This document shows, piece after piece, positions 1 through 8,947 of a DNA stretch of 32,000 bases. The DNA is from Vibrio vulnificus CMCP6 (GTDB taxonomy: Bacteria > Pseudomonadota > Gammaproteobacteria > Enterobacterales > Vibrionaceae), in the NCBI RefSeq assembly GCF_000039765.1, contig NC_004460.2, forward strand, positions 810,001 through 842,000, in the 5' to 3' direction. How positions within the stretch are numbered: position 1 is the stretch's first letter; the number at the start of each line of letters is the position of its first letter. The notes under the pieces were generated by a model. It was not told the origin of the DNA. It searched no databases and saw only the letters and a program-made list of their open reading frames with translations. The position numbers and the translations under genes were made by a program.

Positions 1-165
1 AACTTCAGATTCCGACAAGGACATCACAGGCTCGCGATTACTCTTCTGATTACAGGCATTGGTCAATGCATTTAAGCTCAATGGATATTGGTCTGGCGTT
101 GTGACTTCTTTTTCGATTAAACAACCAATGACACGGGCTTCAATGGGGGTCAACTCAGTTCTCAT
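1..165 (-). CDS. yceH: YceH/DUF480 family protein; only the N-terminal 55 codons are present because the gene runs off the left edge
   Basis: Reverse-strand translation from the ATG at 165..163 gives [55 protein letters not shown]. This is colinear with the E. coli YceH N-terminus as I recall it. An SD AAGGAG lies just upstream. The ORF track omits it because it is truncated. Confidence 0.8.
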   Translation of the reverse strand, partial: MRTELTPIEARVIGCLIEKEVTTPDQYPLSLNALTNACNQKSNREPVMSLSESEV

Positions 166-230
166 GTTGCTTCTCCTTATATATTTTCTTGCTTCACCAT
201 AGCACGTTTCTAACCCCACATTGCAATGGG

Positions 231-440
231 TTAATGCTCGGATATGAGAGTGAACTTGGTCAATTTGCCGTTTTCATCCACAACGACAATTTTGGAACGA
301 TTCAATTCGACTTCGATGGTTTCGAGCTTCACTCTTTCATCGATGTAAGCAGATTTGAGCTTGAAGCTGGTTTTGGGGCACTCTTCGAGCACTTGCTCAT
401 CGAAGATTTGCTCATCAAGTTGGGAACCATCGGACTTCAT
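231..440 (-). CDS. Hypothetical small acidic protein (69 aa)
   Basis: The ORF is co-directional with yceH and 65 nt upstream of it. Its sequence looks protein-like: an acidic N-terminus followed by a beta-rich C-terminus. The overlapping plus-strand ORF 189..539 has the F/L/H-rich look of an antisense shadow. No clear SD precedes the ATG. Confidence 0.45.
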   Translation of the reverse strand: MKSDGSQLDEQIFDEQVLEECPKTSFKLKSAYIDERVKLETIEVELNRSKIVVVDENGKLTKFTLISEH

Positions 441-709
441 ACTACTTGTCTATCATGCAGGTTTACTAAGTTGGCGCAGATAATATCTCTTTATGGGTCA
501 GAAAGACAATTGCCTCGTTTTGAAGTGGCTTTTTCTTGACCAGACAAGCATTCGATTGATCTAAAGACTGTTATGAGTATGTATGATGTGCTTTAATCTC
601 TGCAGGGTATGTTCGAGAATCACTTCAAGATGCTGATAAGAATGATCAAACACGCATCCTGAAGTTATTTTGCAATTTATCATTCACTTTTATTGAAGGT
701 AAGGGACCT

Positions 710-1024
710 ATGAATACCGTATTTGAAATTGTTTCTCAGGCGCGCCGTAAGAACAAATTGAAACGTGAACTACTAGACAATGAAAAGAAAGTTCGCGATA
801 ACCGCAAGCGTGTTGAGCTACTTGAGAACCTACTGGACTACATCAAGCCAAACATGTCTCAAGATGAGATCATGACCATTATTAAGAACATGAAAGCCGA
901 TTACGAAGATCGCGTTGATGACCACATCATCAAAAGTGCAGAGATTTCTAAAGCACGCCGTGACATCAGCCGTCGTATTCGCGAACTCACCGAAGAAGAC
1001 AAGCAAGCAAGTGGCAAGAAATAA
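710..1024 (+). CDS. yeeX: DUF496/UPF0265 family protein YeeX
   Basis: The 104-aa product contains [36 protein letters not shown]...[24 protein letters not shown]. This closely parallels E. coli YeeX as I recall it. Confidence 0.85.
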   Translation: MNTVFEIVSQARRKNKLKRELLDNEKKVRDNRKRVELLENLLDYIKPNMSQDEIMTIIKNMKADYEDRVDDHIIKSAEISKARRDISRRIRELTEEDKQASGKK

Positions 1025-1049
1025 GCCACAGCTTCAGCGATAACATCTC

Positions 1050-1079
1050 AGCCTCGCCATTTGCGGGGCTTTTTCTTTG
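1050..1079 (+). terminator. Rho-independent terminator of yeeX
   Basis: The stem AGCCTCGC/GCGGGGCT (one G-U pair) has a 5-nt loop and is followed by TTTTTCTTT. Confidence 0.7.
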
Positions 1080-1195
1080 TCGCGTTTTGCTACCCCCAAA
1101 AGGTATTCATCCCCCAATGAATACCTTTCCTAACTATTAGGTTATTAATTTATCTTGCGCTAGACTAGCGATGGGTTCTGATTCAAACATTCGAT

Positions 1196-2524
1196 ATGAC
1201 AACTTCTAACACTTCTCTCGCTCGCCAACTTTTTACTATGACATGGCCAATGTTATTTGGTGTGCTCTCTTTAATGAGCTTTCAATTGGTTGACAGTGCC
1301 TTCATCGGGCAATTAGGTATACTTCCTTTGGCTGCACAAGGGTTTACCCTACCGCTGCAGATGGTCATCATCGGTATTCAAGTGGGTTTAGGTATTGCGA
1401 CGACTGCCGTCATCTCCAAAGCGCTAGGTGCAGAAAAACTTCAGTACGCTCGTCAACTCGCAGGGCTTATTTTGCTCATTGGTGCCGTAGGTGTGGCTCT
1501 GGTCTGTGTGATCATCTGGTTTTTACGACATGTGATTTTGTCGCTACTTGGGGCACCTGAAAGTGTCTATGCCGTCATCGACGCGTATTGGCCCTATTGG
1601 CTTATCAGCGCTTGGGTCGGCGCTATGCTTTATTTTTTCTACAGTATCTGCCGCTCGAATGGCAATACTATGCTGCCAGGCACCATGATGATGCTCACCA
1701 GCGGCTTAAACCTAGTGCTAGATCCGCTGTTTATTTTTACTTTCGATCTCGGTATCAATGGCGCCGCTCTGGCAACTATTGTAGCTTTTGGTATAGGGAT
1801 TATGATCGTCGCTCCGAAAGTGCATCGTCACTCATGGGTCAGCTTTGATCGTCATGATCTGGATGTCGTTAACAGTGTGAAAGCCGTTGGCCATATTATG
1901 GGACCAGCGATGATCAGCCAGTTGCTCCCGCCTCTCTCTTCGATGCTGGCGACCAAACTCATCGCGGGTTTTGGCACAGCAGCAATTGCATCATGGGCGC
2001 TAGGGTCTCGTTTTGAATTCTTCACGCTGGTCTCAGTATTGGCCCTAACGATGTCCATGCCTCCAATGATCGGCCGACTTCTCGGTGCAAAGAACTTTGC
2101 CGATATTCGCAGCTTGGTCTCCATTGCTTGTCGCTTTATTCTGTTTTTTCAAACCAGCTTAGCCATTATCAGTCTATTAGTGTCTGCTTGGTTGTCTTCT
2201 TTGATGACCAGCGATCATCAAGTCGAAGAGATCCTCAACCTTCATCTGACCATTATCCCTATCAGCCTTGGAGCTTTGGGTATCTGCATGTTGATGGTTT
2301 CGATTTGCAACGCGCTAGGACGCTCCTACACTGCACTGCGTATTTCCGCATTGCGCTTGTTTGCCTTTTTCCTTCCTGCGCTTTGGTTAGGCGCAGAACT
2401 AGGCGGAATCCAAGGTCTCTTTATTGGCGCTGCGATTGGCAATGTTTTGGCAGGGCTTGTTGCATGGTTAACGTATCGCTCCGCCATCAATCAGTTGGCT
2501 GAGTTGGAATCACTCCGCTCTTGA
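1196..2524 (+). CDS. MATE family multidrug/sodium efflux transporter
   Basis: The 442-aa polytopic membrane protein has an N-terminus (LARQLFTMTWPMLFGVLSLMSFQLVDSAFIGQLG) and a 12-TM-like layout typical of the NorM/DinF-type MATE family. Confidence 0.8.
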   Translation: MTTSNTSLARQLFTMTWPMLFGVLSLMSFQLVDSAFIGQLGILPLAAQGFTLPLQMVIIGIQVGLGIATTAVISKALGAEKLQYARQLAGLILLIGAVGVALVCVIIWFLRHVILSLLGAPESVYAVIDAYWPYWLISAWVGAMLYFFYSICRSNGNTMLPGTMMMLTSGLNLVLDPLFIFTFDLGINGAALATIVAFGIGIMIVAPKVHRHSWVSFDRHDLDVVNSVKAVGHIMGPAMISQLLPPLSSMLATKLIAGFGTAAIASWALGSRFEFFTLVSVLALTMSMPPMIGRLLGAKNFADIRSLVSIACRFILFFQTSLAIISLLVSAWLSSLMTSDHQVEEILNLHLTIIPISLGALGICMLMVSICNALGRSYTALRISALRLFAFFLPALWLGAELGGIQGLFIGAAIGNVLAGLVAWLTYRSAINQLAELESLRS

Positions 2525-2532
2525 TACGAAGT

Positions 2533-2560
2533 GGCCAACCCCATGGGTTGGCCTCTTTAT
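2533..2560. terminator. Hairpin terminator in the convergent MATE / hybrid-kinase junction
   Basis: The stem GGCCAACCC/GGGTTGGCC has a 3-nt loop. It is followed by TCTTTAT on the plus strand. Confidence 0.6.
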
Positions 2561-2575
2561 AAATAGGCGAGACGC

Positions 2576-5221
2576 CTAAGCTATTTTCAGTTCACTAAAC
2601 AAGTCATAAAGCTGGTTAGATTTGTATGGCTTGGGTAGGTAGGCGTCCATCCCGGCCTCAAAGCAGCTTTGAATATCCTCTTCAAGAACGCTCGCTGTTA
2701 AGGCAATAATTGGCGTTTTTCCACTGCCTTGTTCCGTTTCCCAACGTCGGATTTCTCTTGTTGCGGTAATGCCATCCATCACTGGCATCATGCAGTCCAT
2801 CAAGACTGCATCAAATTTTCCGCCTTGCGTGATGGCATCAAGCGCTTCTTGCCCATTACTGGTAATCAAATAGTCAAACCCGGCCTTTTCTAAGAAAAAA
2901 CTGGCAATTTTTTGATTCATTAGATTGTCTTCCGCAATCAGTATTCGGCGATGGTTGCGGCCGTATGACGGGCTCACTCGAGTGTCGAAACAAACTTCCT
3001 GTTTGGCTGGCATTCTCGTACTTGAGGAAGCGGTAGGCTGTGAAAGGTTTTGTGCCAAACTCTCTATGCACGCTTTGAATCGTTTCCCTAAGAATGGCTG
3101 AGTCAAAAGAGCGTGAACTCGTTCGATGTTGATATGACTGCTGAACAAATGATGCTGGCACACCACGACACGTTGAAGCGGGATCACTTGCTCAAGTTGC
3201 TCTAGGTCTCGGGTCGCATTTTGATGCAGGCTGTGGCAATAGAAAACCACATCAAAATCGGGTTTCAATAACTGAACTTGCTCCACTCCTTCCGCGATCG
3301 TCAACTCAATACCACATAACCGACATTCATTAATAAGTTGGTTGGTATAACCATAGTTATCCGCGATCAATAAGCCTTTCTTAATCACTGGTGAACGCCA
3401 GTTTTCTGTATCGAGAGTTTCCACTGGGATCGTAAAAGAAAAGCAGCTTCCTAGGCCTTTGGTTGACGTGGCCGTTAACTCCCCTCCCATCATGGCAACC
3501 AACTGACGGCAAATCGCTAAACCTAAGCCAGTTCCACCAAATTGCCGCGTGATGCTGTCGTCTTCTTGCGTAAATGGCTCGAAAATCGTTTCTAGTTTTG
3601 CTTGATCGATGCCAATACCAGTGTCCGTCACTTTGAAGGTCAGATAGCCTTGGTGATCATGTTCATCCGCTTGATAGTTGACGAATGTAGAGATGTAACC
3701 CTCTTTGGTGAACTTGATTGCATTACCGACTAAGTTGGTCAGAACTTGCTTGATTCGGTGATCATCCGCCATTACTTTGGCAGGAATGTCCTCTCCCATT
3801 GTGATGTGCAGTTCGATATTTTTGCTTGTCGCCTTCGATTGAAACAGAGTCATGGCTTGGTAGACCGTTTCTCGAATATCCGCTTCCTGAAGCGAAATGT
3901 TTAAGTTACCCGATTCAATCTTGGATAGATCAAGGATATCGTTCAACAAGATAAGCAGAGACTGTGAGGAAGTATCAATATCTCCTAAAATCTCCTTTTG
4001 TTGGCTACTAAGTTCACTTTGAGACAAGATTTCAGTCATCCCGATAATCCCGTTCAAAGGCGTGCGAATTTCATGAGACATATTGGCTAAAAAGACCGAT
4101 TTCGCTCGGTTAGCAGAAATGGCCGACTCTTTCGCATGGATAATCTCCACCATCTGCTGCTGCTTCTCATCAATAATTTGGTTTATCTGTTTGGCAAACA
4201 CGGTGAACTCGTCATTGCCGTCAGGGATTACTCGTGTTTGCTGACTTTGCTCATCCTCTTTGGTCAAACTTTGTAATGCATTCAAAATGGCATTGAGCTT
4301 ATTGTAAACCCTTAGCCATGTGGAAGTACCCAACATAAACAACACGAATAGCATGGCAAATACGGCACCAGTCATGCCCGTGAAATACCATTGTTGATGC
4401 TCTATTTGACTGCGCAGGCTGGTTTCCGCTTGAATTGAAAAGCTATTGATTAACAATAGTAGCGTTTGTAAACGATAATCTAGCTCAACACTGTACGCTT
4501 TGAGCTGATCCAAAGAGAGCGTTCCTGCGGCAATGCTGTCTCGATATTGCACACTGCTTTGATAACGTTCTGATGAAAAAAACTGCAATAGCTTTTCAAC
4601 TTGATGATGACTTGCGCCTAAATCAAGAAAACGCTCAAGCGCTTGCTGTTGCCTTTCAATTGCCTGATAAAAAGCAGCATAATCAAAACCGTACGTTCCT
4701 TGTGTTTGTAATTTGTACGTGAGCAGCGCTTCTTTTTGCGCCCAATAGGAAAGGGAGATGAGCTGAGTGATGAGCTTTTCCGTCATTTCTGCATCATTGA
4801 GAGACAAATGAAGATGCTCATTTTCGATGGCCTCCAACATCTCCCGCAAAACATCAAACCCCCACTCTGATGAAATCAATCTTTCTTGCGCTGGTTGGCT
4901 TTTTATTTCCGACAACGCTTCAATTAAATCGTTTTTTAACCCACTTAATTCCGATGAAACATCTAGCGAATACATAAACTGGTTGAATGAGTCACTTTGC
5001 GATAACTCATCCAAATAACGCATTTCTCCTTGAACCCCCTGATAAATCCTAAAAGCCGTTTCAGCAATCCCATTTTGTATGTGTATTCGACTGATGGTTT
5101 TATCAAGAGAGTCTAACTGACGACGGTTATTTAATAACTCCTGCACTGTAAAACCCAATATAAAAATAGCGGGTAGCAGCGAAAGCAGGGCGAGACGAGT
5201 TTTTATAGAAATCTTCATCAT
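2576..5221 (-). CDS. Hybrid sensor histidine kinase/response regulator: periplasmic helical sensor, HisKA, HATPase, degenerate receiver, then a true receiver
   Basis: The protein is 881 aa.
- Two TM segments lie at about residues 10-26 and 279-302 and flank a ~250-aa helical periplasmic domain.
- The H-box is SHEIRTPLNG (His383).
- The ATP lid is GGTGLGLAICRQL.
- The C-terminal receiver reads RILIAEDN...AVLMDCMMPVMDG...LPKPYK (Asp809).
- No HPt domain is present. Confidence 0.9.
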   Translation of the reverse strand: MMKISIKTRLALLSLLPAIFILGFTVQELLNNRRQLDSLDKTISRIHIQNGIAETAFRIYQGVQGEMRYLDELSQSDSFNQFMYSLDVSSELSGLKNDLIEALSEIKSQPAQERLISSEWGFDVLREMLEAIENEHLHLSLNDAEMTEKLITQLISLSYWAQKEALLTYKLQTQGTYGFDYAAFYQAIERQQQALERFLDLGASHHQVEKLLQFFSSERYQSSVQYRDSIAAGTLSLDQLKAYSVELDYRLQTLLLLINSFSIQAETSLRSQIEHQQWYFTGMTGAVFAMLFVLFMLGTSTWLRVYNKLNAILNALQSLTKEDEQSQQTRVIPDGNDEFTVFAKQINQIIDEKQQQMVEIIHAKESAISANRAKSVFLANMSHEIRTPLNGIIGMTEILSQSELSSQQKEILGDIDTSSQSLLILLNDILDLSKIESGNLNISLQEADIRETVYQAMTLFQSKATSKNIELHITMGEDIPAKVMADDHRIKQVLTNLVGNAIKFTKEGYISTFVNYQADEHDHQGYLTFKVTDTGIGIDQAKLETIFEPFTQEDDSITRQFGGTGLGLAICRQLVAMMGGELTATSTKGLGSCFSFTIPVETLDTENWRSPVIKKGLLIADNYGYTNQLINECRLCGIELTIAEGVEQVQLLKPDFDVVFYCHSLHQNATRDLEQLEQVIPLQRVVVCQHHLFSSHINIERVHALLTQPFLGKRFKACIESLAQNLSQPTASSSTRMPAKQEVCFDTRVSPSYGRNHRRILIAEDNLMNQKIASFFLEKAGFDYLITSNGQEALDAITQGGKFDAVLMDCMMPVMDGITATREIRRWETEQGSGKTPIIALTASVLEEDIQSCFEAGMDAYLPKPYKSNQLYDLFSELKIA

Positions 5222-5330
5222 ATTTGTTTCGTCCTTGCAAGCATTGGGACCTAGCCTATCCTTAATACTAGACCAATTTCATAGCAACAAAATAAAAGTT
5301 AATTAAATCGCGGGAAACCGGTGAAACGGT

Positions 5331-5789
5331 GTGAGGTTAATGCCTAAATTCAGTCTGTTGGTGATCGTTGTTGTATTAATTAGTGTGCTCTCATCCTTAT
5401 CTGTGAGAGCCGCAGACCAGTACATCATTTTTTCGCTCAACCCTCAGCTACCCACCTTAAGCACCAGCCAAGTTAAGATGATTTATCGCGGCAAAATGAC
5501 GCAAATCGATGGCATTCCTTTTGAACTGCTCGATTTGCCCGCTTCGTCGCAACAACGTAATCAGTTTTATCAAATTTTATTGAACAAAACACCGTCACAA
5601 ATGGCTGCCATTTGGGCCAAACAAACCTTTTCAGGACGCACAAAACAACCTTTTCAGCTATCCGAACAAAGCATTAAAGAGGTAATGGAATGGCTAGCCA
5701 TTACTCCTTCCGGCATTGCTTATTTTCCAGCGAATGAGGTTCCCAGTGACGTGCATGTGCTCTACCAATTTACGACTGAGGAAGAATAA
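5331..5789 (+). CDS. Secreted single-lobe PBP-like (PstS/PBP_like_2-type) periplasmic protein, about 150 aa
   Basis: The signal peptide is MPKFSLLVIVVVLISVLSSLSVRA|AD. The pattern LSTSQVKMIYRGKMT...SGIAYFPANEV...VHVL follows the LS..Q...I..GK.T ... GaIGY ... V motif of phosphate-type periplasmic binding folds, but at only half the normal length. The start could be the GTG at 5331 or the ATG at 5340. Confidence 0.65.
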   Translation: MRLMPKFSLLVIVVVLISVLSSLSVRAADQYIIFSLNPQLPTLSTSQVKMIYRGKMTQIDGIPFELLDLPASSQQRNQFYQILLNKTPSQMAAIWAKQTFSGRTKQPFQLSEQSIKEVMEWLAITPSGIAYFPANEVPSDVHVLYQFTTEEE

Positions 5790-6842
5790 ATGAGGCTTAA
5801 ATTTATTTTACCCCTGTGCCTACTCTGCTCTCCGGTATACGGAGAGTGGACACTGTCGGACCAACTCACCATCAGTGGATTTGGCTCACTTTCTGCGAGT
5901 AAAAGCGATCAAGCGACGCCGAGCATCCAAGAAAAAGAATTTACCGATGAGTGGTGTTGGGATTGCGAAACCACACTTGGAGTACAGCTAGACTGGGCAA
6001 TGAACGAGAACTGGCGAGCGTCTTTGCAGGTGGTCAAACAACCTCATGACGATTTCTCCGACCCGACGCTGGCTTGGGCATTTGTTGAATATCGCGGCGA
6101 CGACTGGAGTACAAAATTAGGCCGCCAACGCATTCCGCTTTTCTTAATGTCGGAATATCTCTTTGTGTCACAAGCCTACCCTTGGTTTCGCCCGCCTATT
6201 GATGTGTACGATAGTGTGTTAGGCATTTCAAATTATGATGGGCTTTCTCTCGATGTACAGAAGTGGATAACCTCTGATATTCCAGTGCGAGTCGCCACTT
6301 TTGTTGCCAAATCCAGCAGCGACGATTACTCCTTGTATGGACAGCCACTGACCATCGATACCGATATTTCTTATGGCATCACCACCGAAATCGACTTTGA
6401 TGAAAATCTTGTCCGTGCCGCACTGATGCACACGAAGTTCGAACAGACATACGCTGCAACCACGATTATTCCCGGGGGGGAACAATCGTTAACCTTGTTT
6501 AGTCTAGGTACCATTTACAACTGGCAACAGTGGCAATTTATTGCTGAGTTGCTCACAAGCAGTCGCTATCACTCTAATTGGTATGTCAGCGTTAACTATC
6601 AATGGAACGATCTCACACCCTATATTACCTACAGCCAAAGGAGAAAATCCGTCGAAAACGAAACATACAGCGTAGGCTTGAAATACTCTCTATTGCCTAA
6701 TTTAAGTGTTTATGGCGAATGGCTTTACATACAAAGCGCCAAAAGTGTGATTAGCGGCCACTTTACTCAGCCTCAACTCCCACCAAACGAGTTGGTTGGT
6801 GAGGTAAACCTATTTAGCTTAGGCTTATCGTTTACTTTTTGA
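5790..6842 (+). CDS. Porin-like outer-membrane beta-barrel protein
   Basis: The ATG directly abuts the upstream TAA (5787-5789), and an SD GAGGAAG is present. The signal peptide ends in VYG|EW. The sequence has alternating amphipathic strands rich in Y/W/G. The C-terminus is LGLSFTF with a terminal Phe, which is the OMP signature. Confidence 0.7.
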   Translation: MRLKFILPLCLLCSPVYGEWTLSDQLTISGFGSLSASKSDQATPSIQEKEFTDEWCWDCETTLGVQLDWAMNENWRASLQVVKQPHDDFSDPTLAWAFVEYRGDDWSTKLGRQRIPLFLMSEYLFVSQAYPWFRPPIDVYDSVLGISNYDGLSLDVQKWITSDIPVRVATFVAKSSSDDYSLYGQPLTIDTDISYGITTEIDFDENLVRAALMHTKFEQTYAATTIIPGGEQSLTLFSLGTIYNWQQWQFIAELLTSSRYHSNWYVSVNYQWNDLTPYITYSQRRKSVENETYSVGLKYSLLPNLSVYGEWLYIQSAKSVISGHFTQPQLPPNELVGEVNLFSLGLSFTF

Positions 6843-7176
6843 GTGTTAAAGTTGATGCATGTCTTATTTACAGTGCAATGATTGAATCATGTTACAACTC
6901 ACGAGTGCTTTTATACATTATTTTCACAAAATAAGTTTCTGAGAATGAAAATGTCAATACGTATTTCGTTGTTTAAATCAACCACATTAAGACTTAAATT
7001 CAATCAGTTACAGCCATTTTATCTGTTTTATTTTTCCTAGCAGAATAACAACTTGCCGTGTAAACTCCCGCCACATAAATATTACAAGACTATTACAACC
7101 CTTATCCCTGCTTTCTGTTCCCCCTACATTCAGAAAGTAAGGTCAGCCCCAAAAACGTGAAAGGTCTAATACAAAC

Positions 7177-8613
7177 ATGAGTCCAGAGAAATATCTCCAA
7201 GACTGGCAAACCAGCCAAACGATTGCGGAATCCATCACTCCACTTATCGGCAAGCTGTACCGCCAAAAAGGTGTCGAAATCATTCTTTTTGGTAAAACCC
7301 TGATTAATGCAACCACCATCGACATTCTCAAAACTCACCGTGTCGCTCGACACTACACCGGTACACCACTTTCGCTTGAGCAAACCCTCCCCATTATTGA
7401 AAAAGTTTGTGAAATGAGCATTTCTGCTTGCCGTGTTGATGTTGGCCAACTTGCTCATCAATATTGGGAAAGCCACGACGATGTGTCTGCACTGGATGAC
7501 TACTTACAAACCGCATTAATTGGCGCATTAGATGCAGGTTCTTCACTCGCATCACGAGATGTTGTGTTGTACGGTTTTGGCCGAATTGGCCGTCTATTAA
7601 CCCGCCTTCTTATTGAAAAGAGTGGCCCAGGTTACCCGTTAAAACTGAAGGCCATTGTTGTCCGTGGTGGACGAGATGGTGATTTGCAAAAACGCGCAAG
7701 CTTGCTTCGTCGCGACTCTGTACACGGCCAATTCAACGGCAGTATCGTCATTGATGAAGAAAACAGCGCATTGGTGATCAACGGCAATTTCGTTCAGATC
7801 ATTTATGCGAACAAACCTGAAGAGGTCGACTACACCGCATATGGCATTCAAAACGCCTTAGTGGTCGACAACACTGGCGTGTGGCGTGATGCAGAAGGCT
7901 TAGGCCAACATTTGCAATGCCAAGGCGCCGCAAAAGTCCTACTGACCGCGCCAGGTAAAGGCGATATCAAAAACGTCGTATTTGGTGTGAACGAAGATGT
8001 AATTAAGTCAGACGACACCATCATCTCTGCCGCAAGTTGTACCACCAACGCCATTACACCGGTGCTGAAAGTGATTAACGACAAATATGGCGTCATCTCA
8101 GGTCACATCGAAACAGTGCACTCTTACACTAACGATCAAAACTTGATCGACAACTTCCACAAGGGCGATCGTCGTGGTCGAGGCGCTGCACTGAACATGG
8201 TATTGACCTCAACGGGTGCAGCCAAAGCAGTAGCGAAGGCACTGCCTGAGCTGGCTGGGCGTTTAACTGGCAATGCGATTCGCGTTCCAACCCCGAACGT
8301 GTCGATGGCAGTCGCTAATCTCAACCTTGAAAAAGGTACGACAAAAGAAGAACTTAACGAGTATCTGCGTGAAATGGCGCTGGCTTCACCACTTTCTGCA
8401 CAAATTGACTATACCGATTCGACAGAGATTGTATCTAGCGATCTGGTCGGCTCACGTCATGCGGGGGTTGTAGACGGTCAAGCGACGATTGCGCAAGATA
8501 ACCGCGCAGTGCTGTATATATGGTATGACAACGAGTTTGGCTATAGCTGCCAAGTTGTTCACTGTATGGAACAAATGATGGGCGTTCGTTATCAAACTTT
8601 CCCTCGTGTGTAA
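7177..8613 (+). CDS. Glyceraldehyde-3-phosphate dehydrogenase, long form with an N-terminal extension of about 125 aa
   Basis: The protein is 478 aa. The Rossmann motif LYGFGRIGRL begins only at about residue 131. The catalytic motif SAASCTTNAITP is present, and the C-terminus reads WYDNEFGYS. It resembles the ~480-aa second GAPDH of Pseudomonas-type genomes. Confidence 0.9.
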   Translation: MSPEKYLQDWQTSQTIAESITPLIGKLYRQKGVEIILFGKTLINATTIDILKTHRVARHYTGTPLSLEQTLPIIEKVCEMSISACRVDVGQLAHQYWESHDDVSALDDYLQTALIGALDAGSSLASRDVVLYGFGRIGRLLTRLLIEKSGPGYPLKLKAIVVRGGRDGDLQKRASLLRRDSVHGQFNGSIVIDEENSALVINGNFVQIIYANKPEEVDYTAYGIQNALVVDNTGVWRDAEGLGQHLQCQGAAKVLLTAPGKGDIKNVVFGVNEDVIKSDDTIISAASCTTNAITPVLKVINDKYGVISGHIETVHSYTNDQNLIDNFHKGDRRGRGAALNMVLTSTGAAKAVAKALPELAGRLTGNAIRVPTPNVSMAVANLNLEKGTTKEELNEYLREMALASPLSAQIDYTDSTEIVSSDLVGSRHAGVVDGQATIAQDNRAVLYIWYDNEFGYSCQVVHCMEQMMGVRYQTFPRV

Positions 8614-8654
8614 TTAGCTTGCTCCACAACTAACGACACCTTGGTAACGAAACC

Positions 8655-8700
8655 ACCAGCGGGTTTGTTTACCTACGGCAAAGCCGCTGGTTCAAATATT
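8655..8700 (+). terminator. Probable terminator hairpin downstream of the GAPDH gene
   Basis: The stem ACCAGCGG(G)TTTG / CAAA(G)CCGCTGGT is 12 bp with one G-G mismatch. It is followed by TCAAATATTTGTT. Confidence 0.5.
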
Positions 8701-8738
8701 TGTTCTCTTATAACGACAATAATAATCTCTCCCCCATT

Positions 8739-8768
8739 GCGCCTGTACCCCTGATACAGGCGCCTTTT
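8739..8768 (+). terminator. Second rho-independent terminator hairpin
   Basis: The stem GCGCCTGTA/TACAGGCGC has a 7-nt loop and is followed by CTTTT. Confidence 0.6.
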
Positions 8769-8947
8769 AACCATCATATCGTTGTATTTATCTTACCTTG
8801 TGACCGTCGAAGCACACATCGGCTTTCCTCATCCACCAAGCAACTTGGTCAAATGTCAGCGCTTTGTACTTTTTGAATCATATTCATATTTCGTTCATCT
8901 TCACCACCGCAGTATGACTCCATAGAACCACCAAAGAGGCAATATTT

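Noticed and set aside
189-539. 116-aa plus-strand ORF overlapping the 69-aa minus-strand ORF
   Set aside because: Its composition (F/L/H-rich with low complexity) looks like an antisense shadow of the minus-strand frame. It has no SD, and no other gene lies on that strand in this context.
7040-7110. HexR/Cra-type operator upstream of the long-form GAPDH (TGTAAA ... ATTACAAGACTATTACAA)
   Set aside because: The half-sites are present, but their spacing and orientation do not fit the TGTAAT-N-ATTACA-type dyad. The only feature is a direct repeat of ATTACAA in AT-rich DNA.
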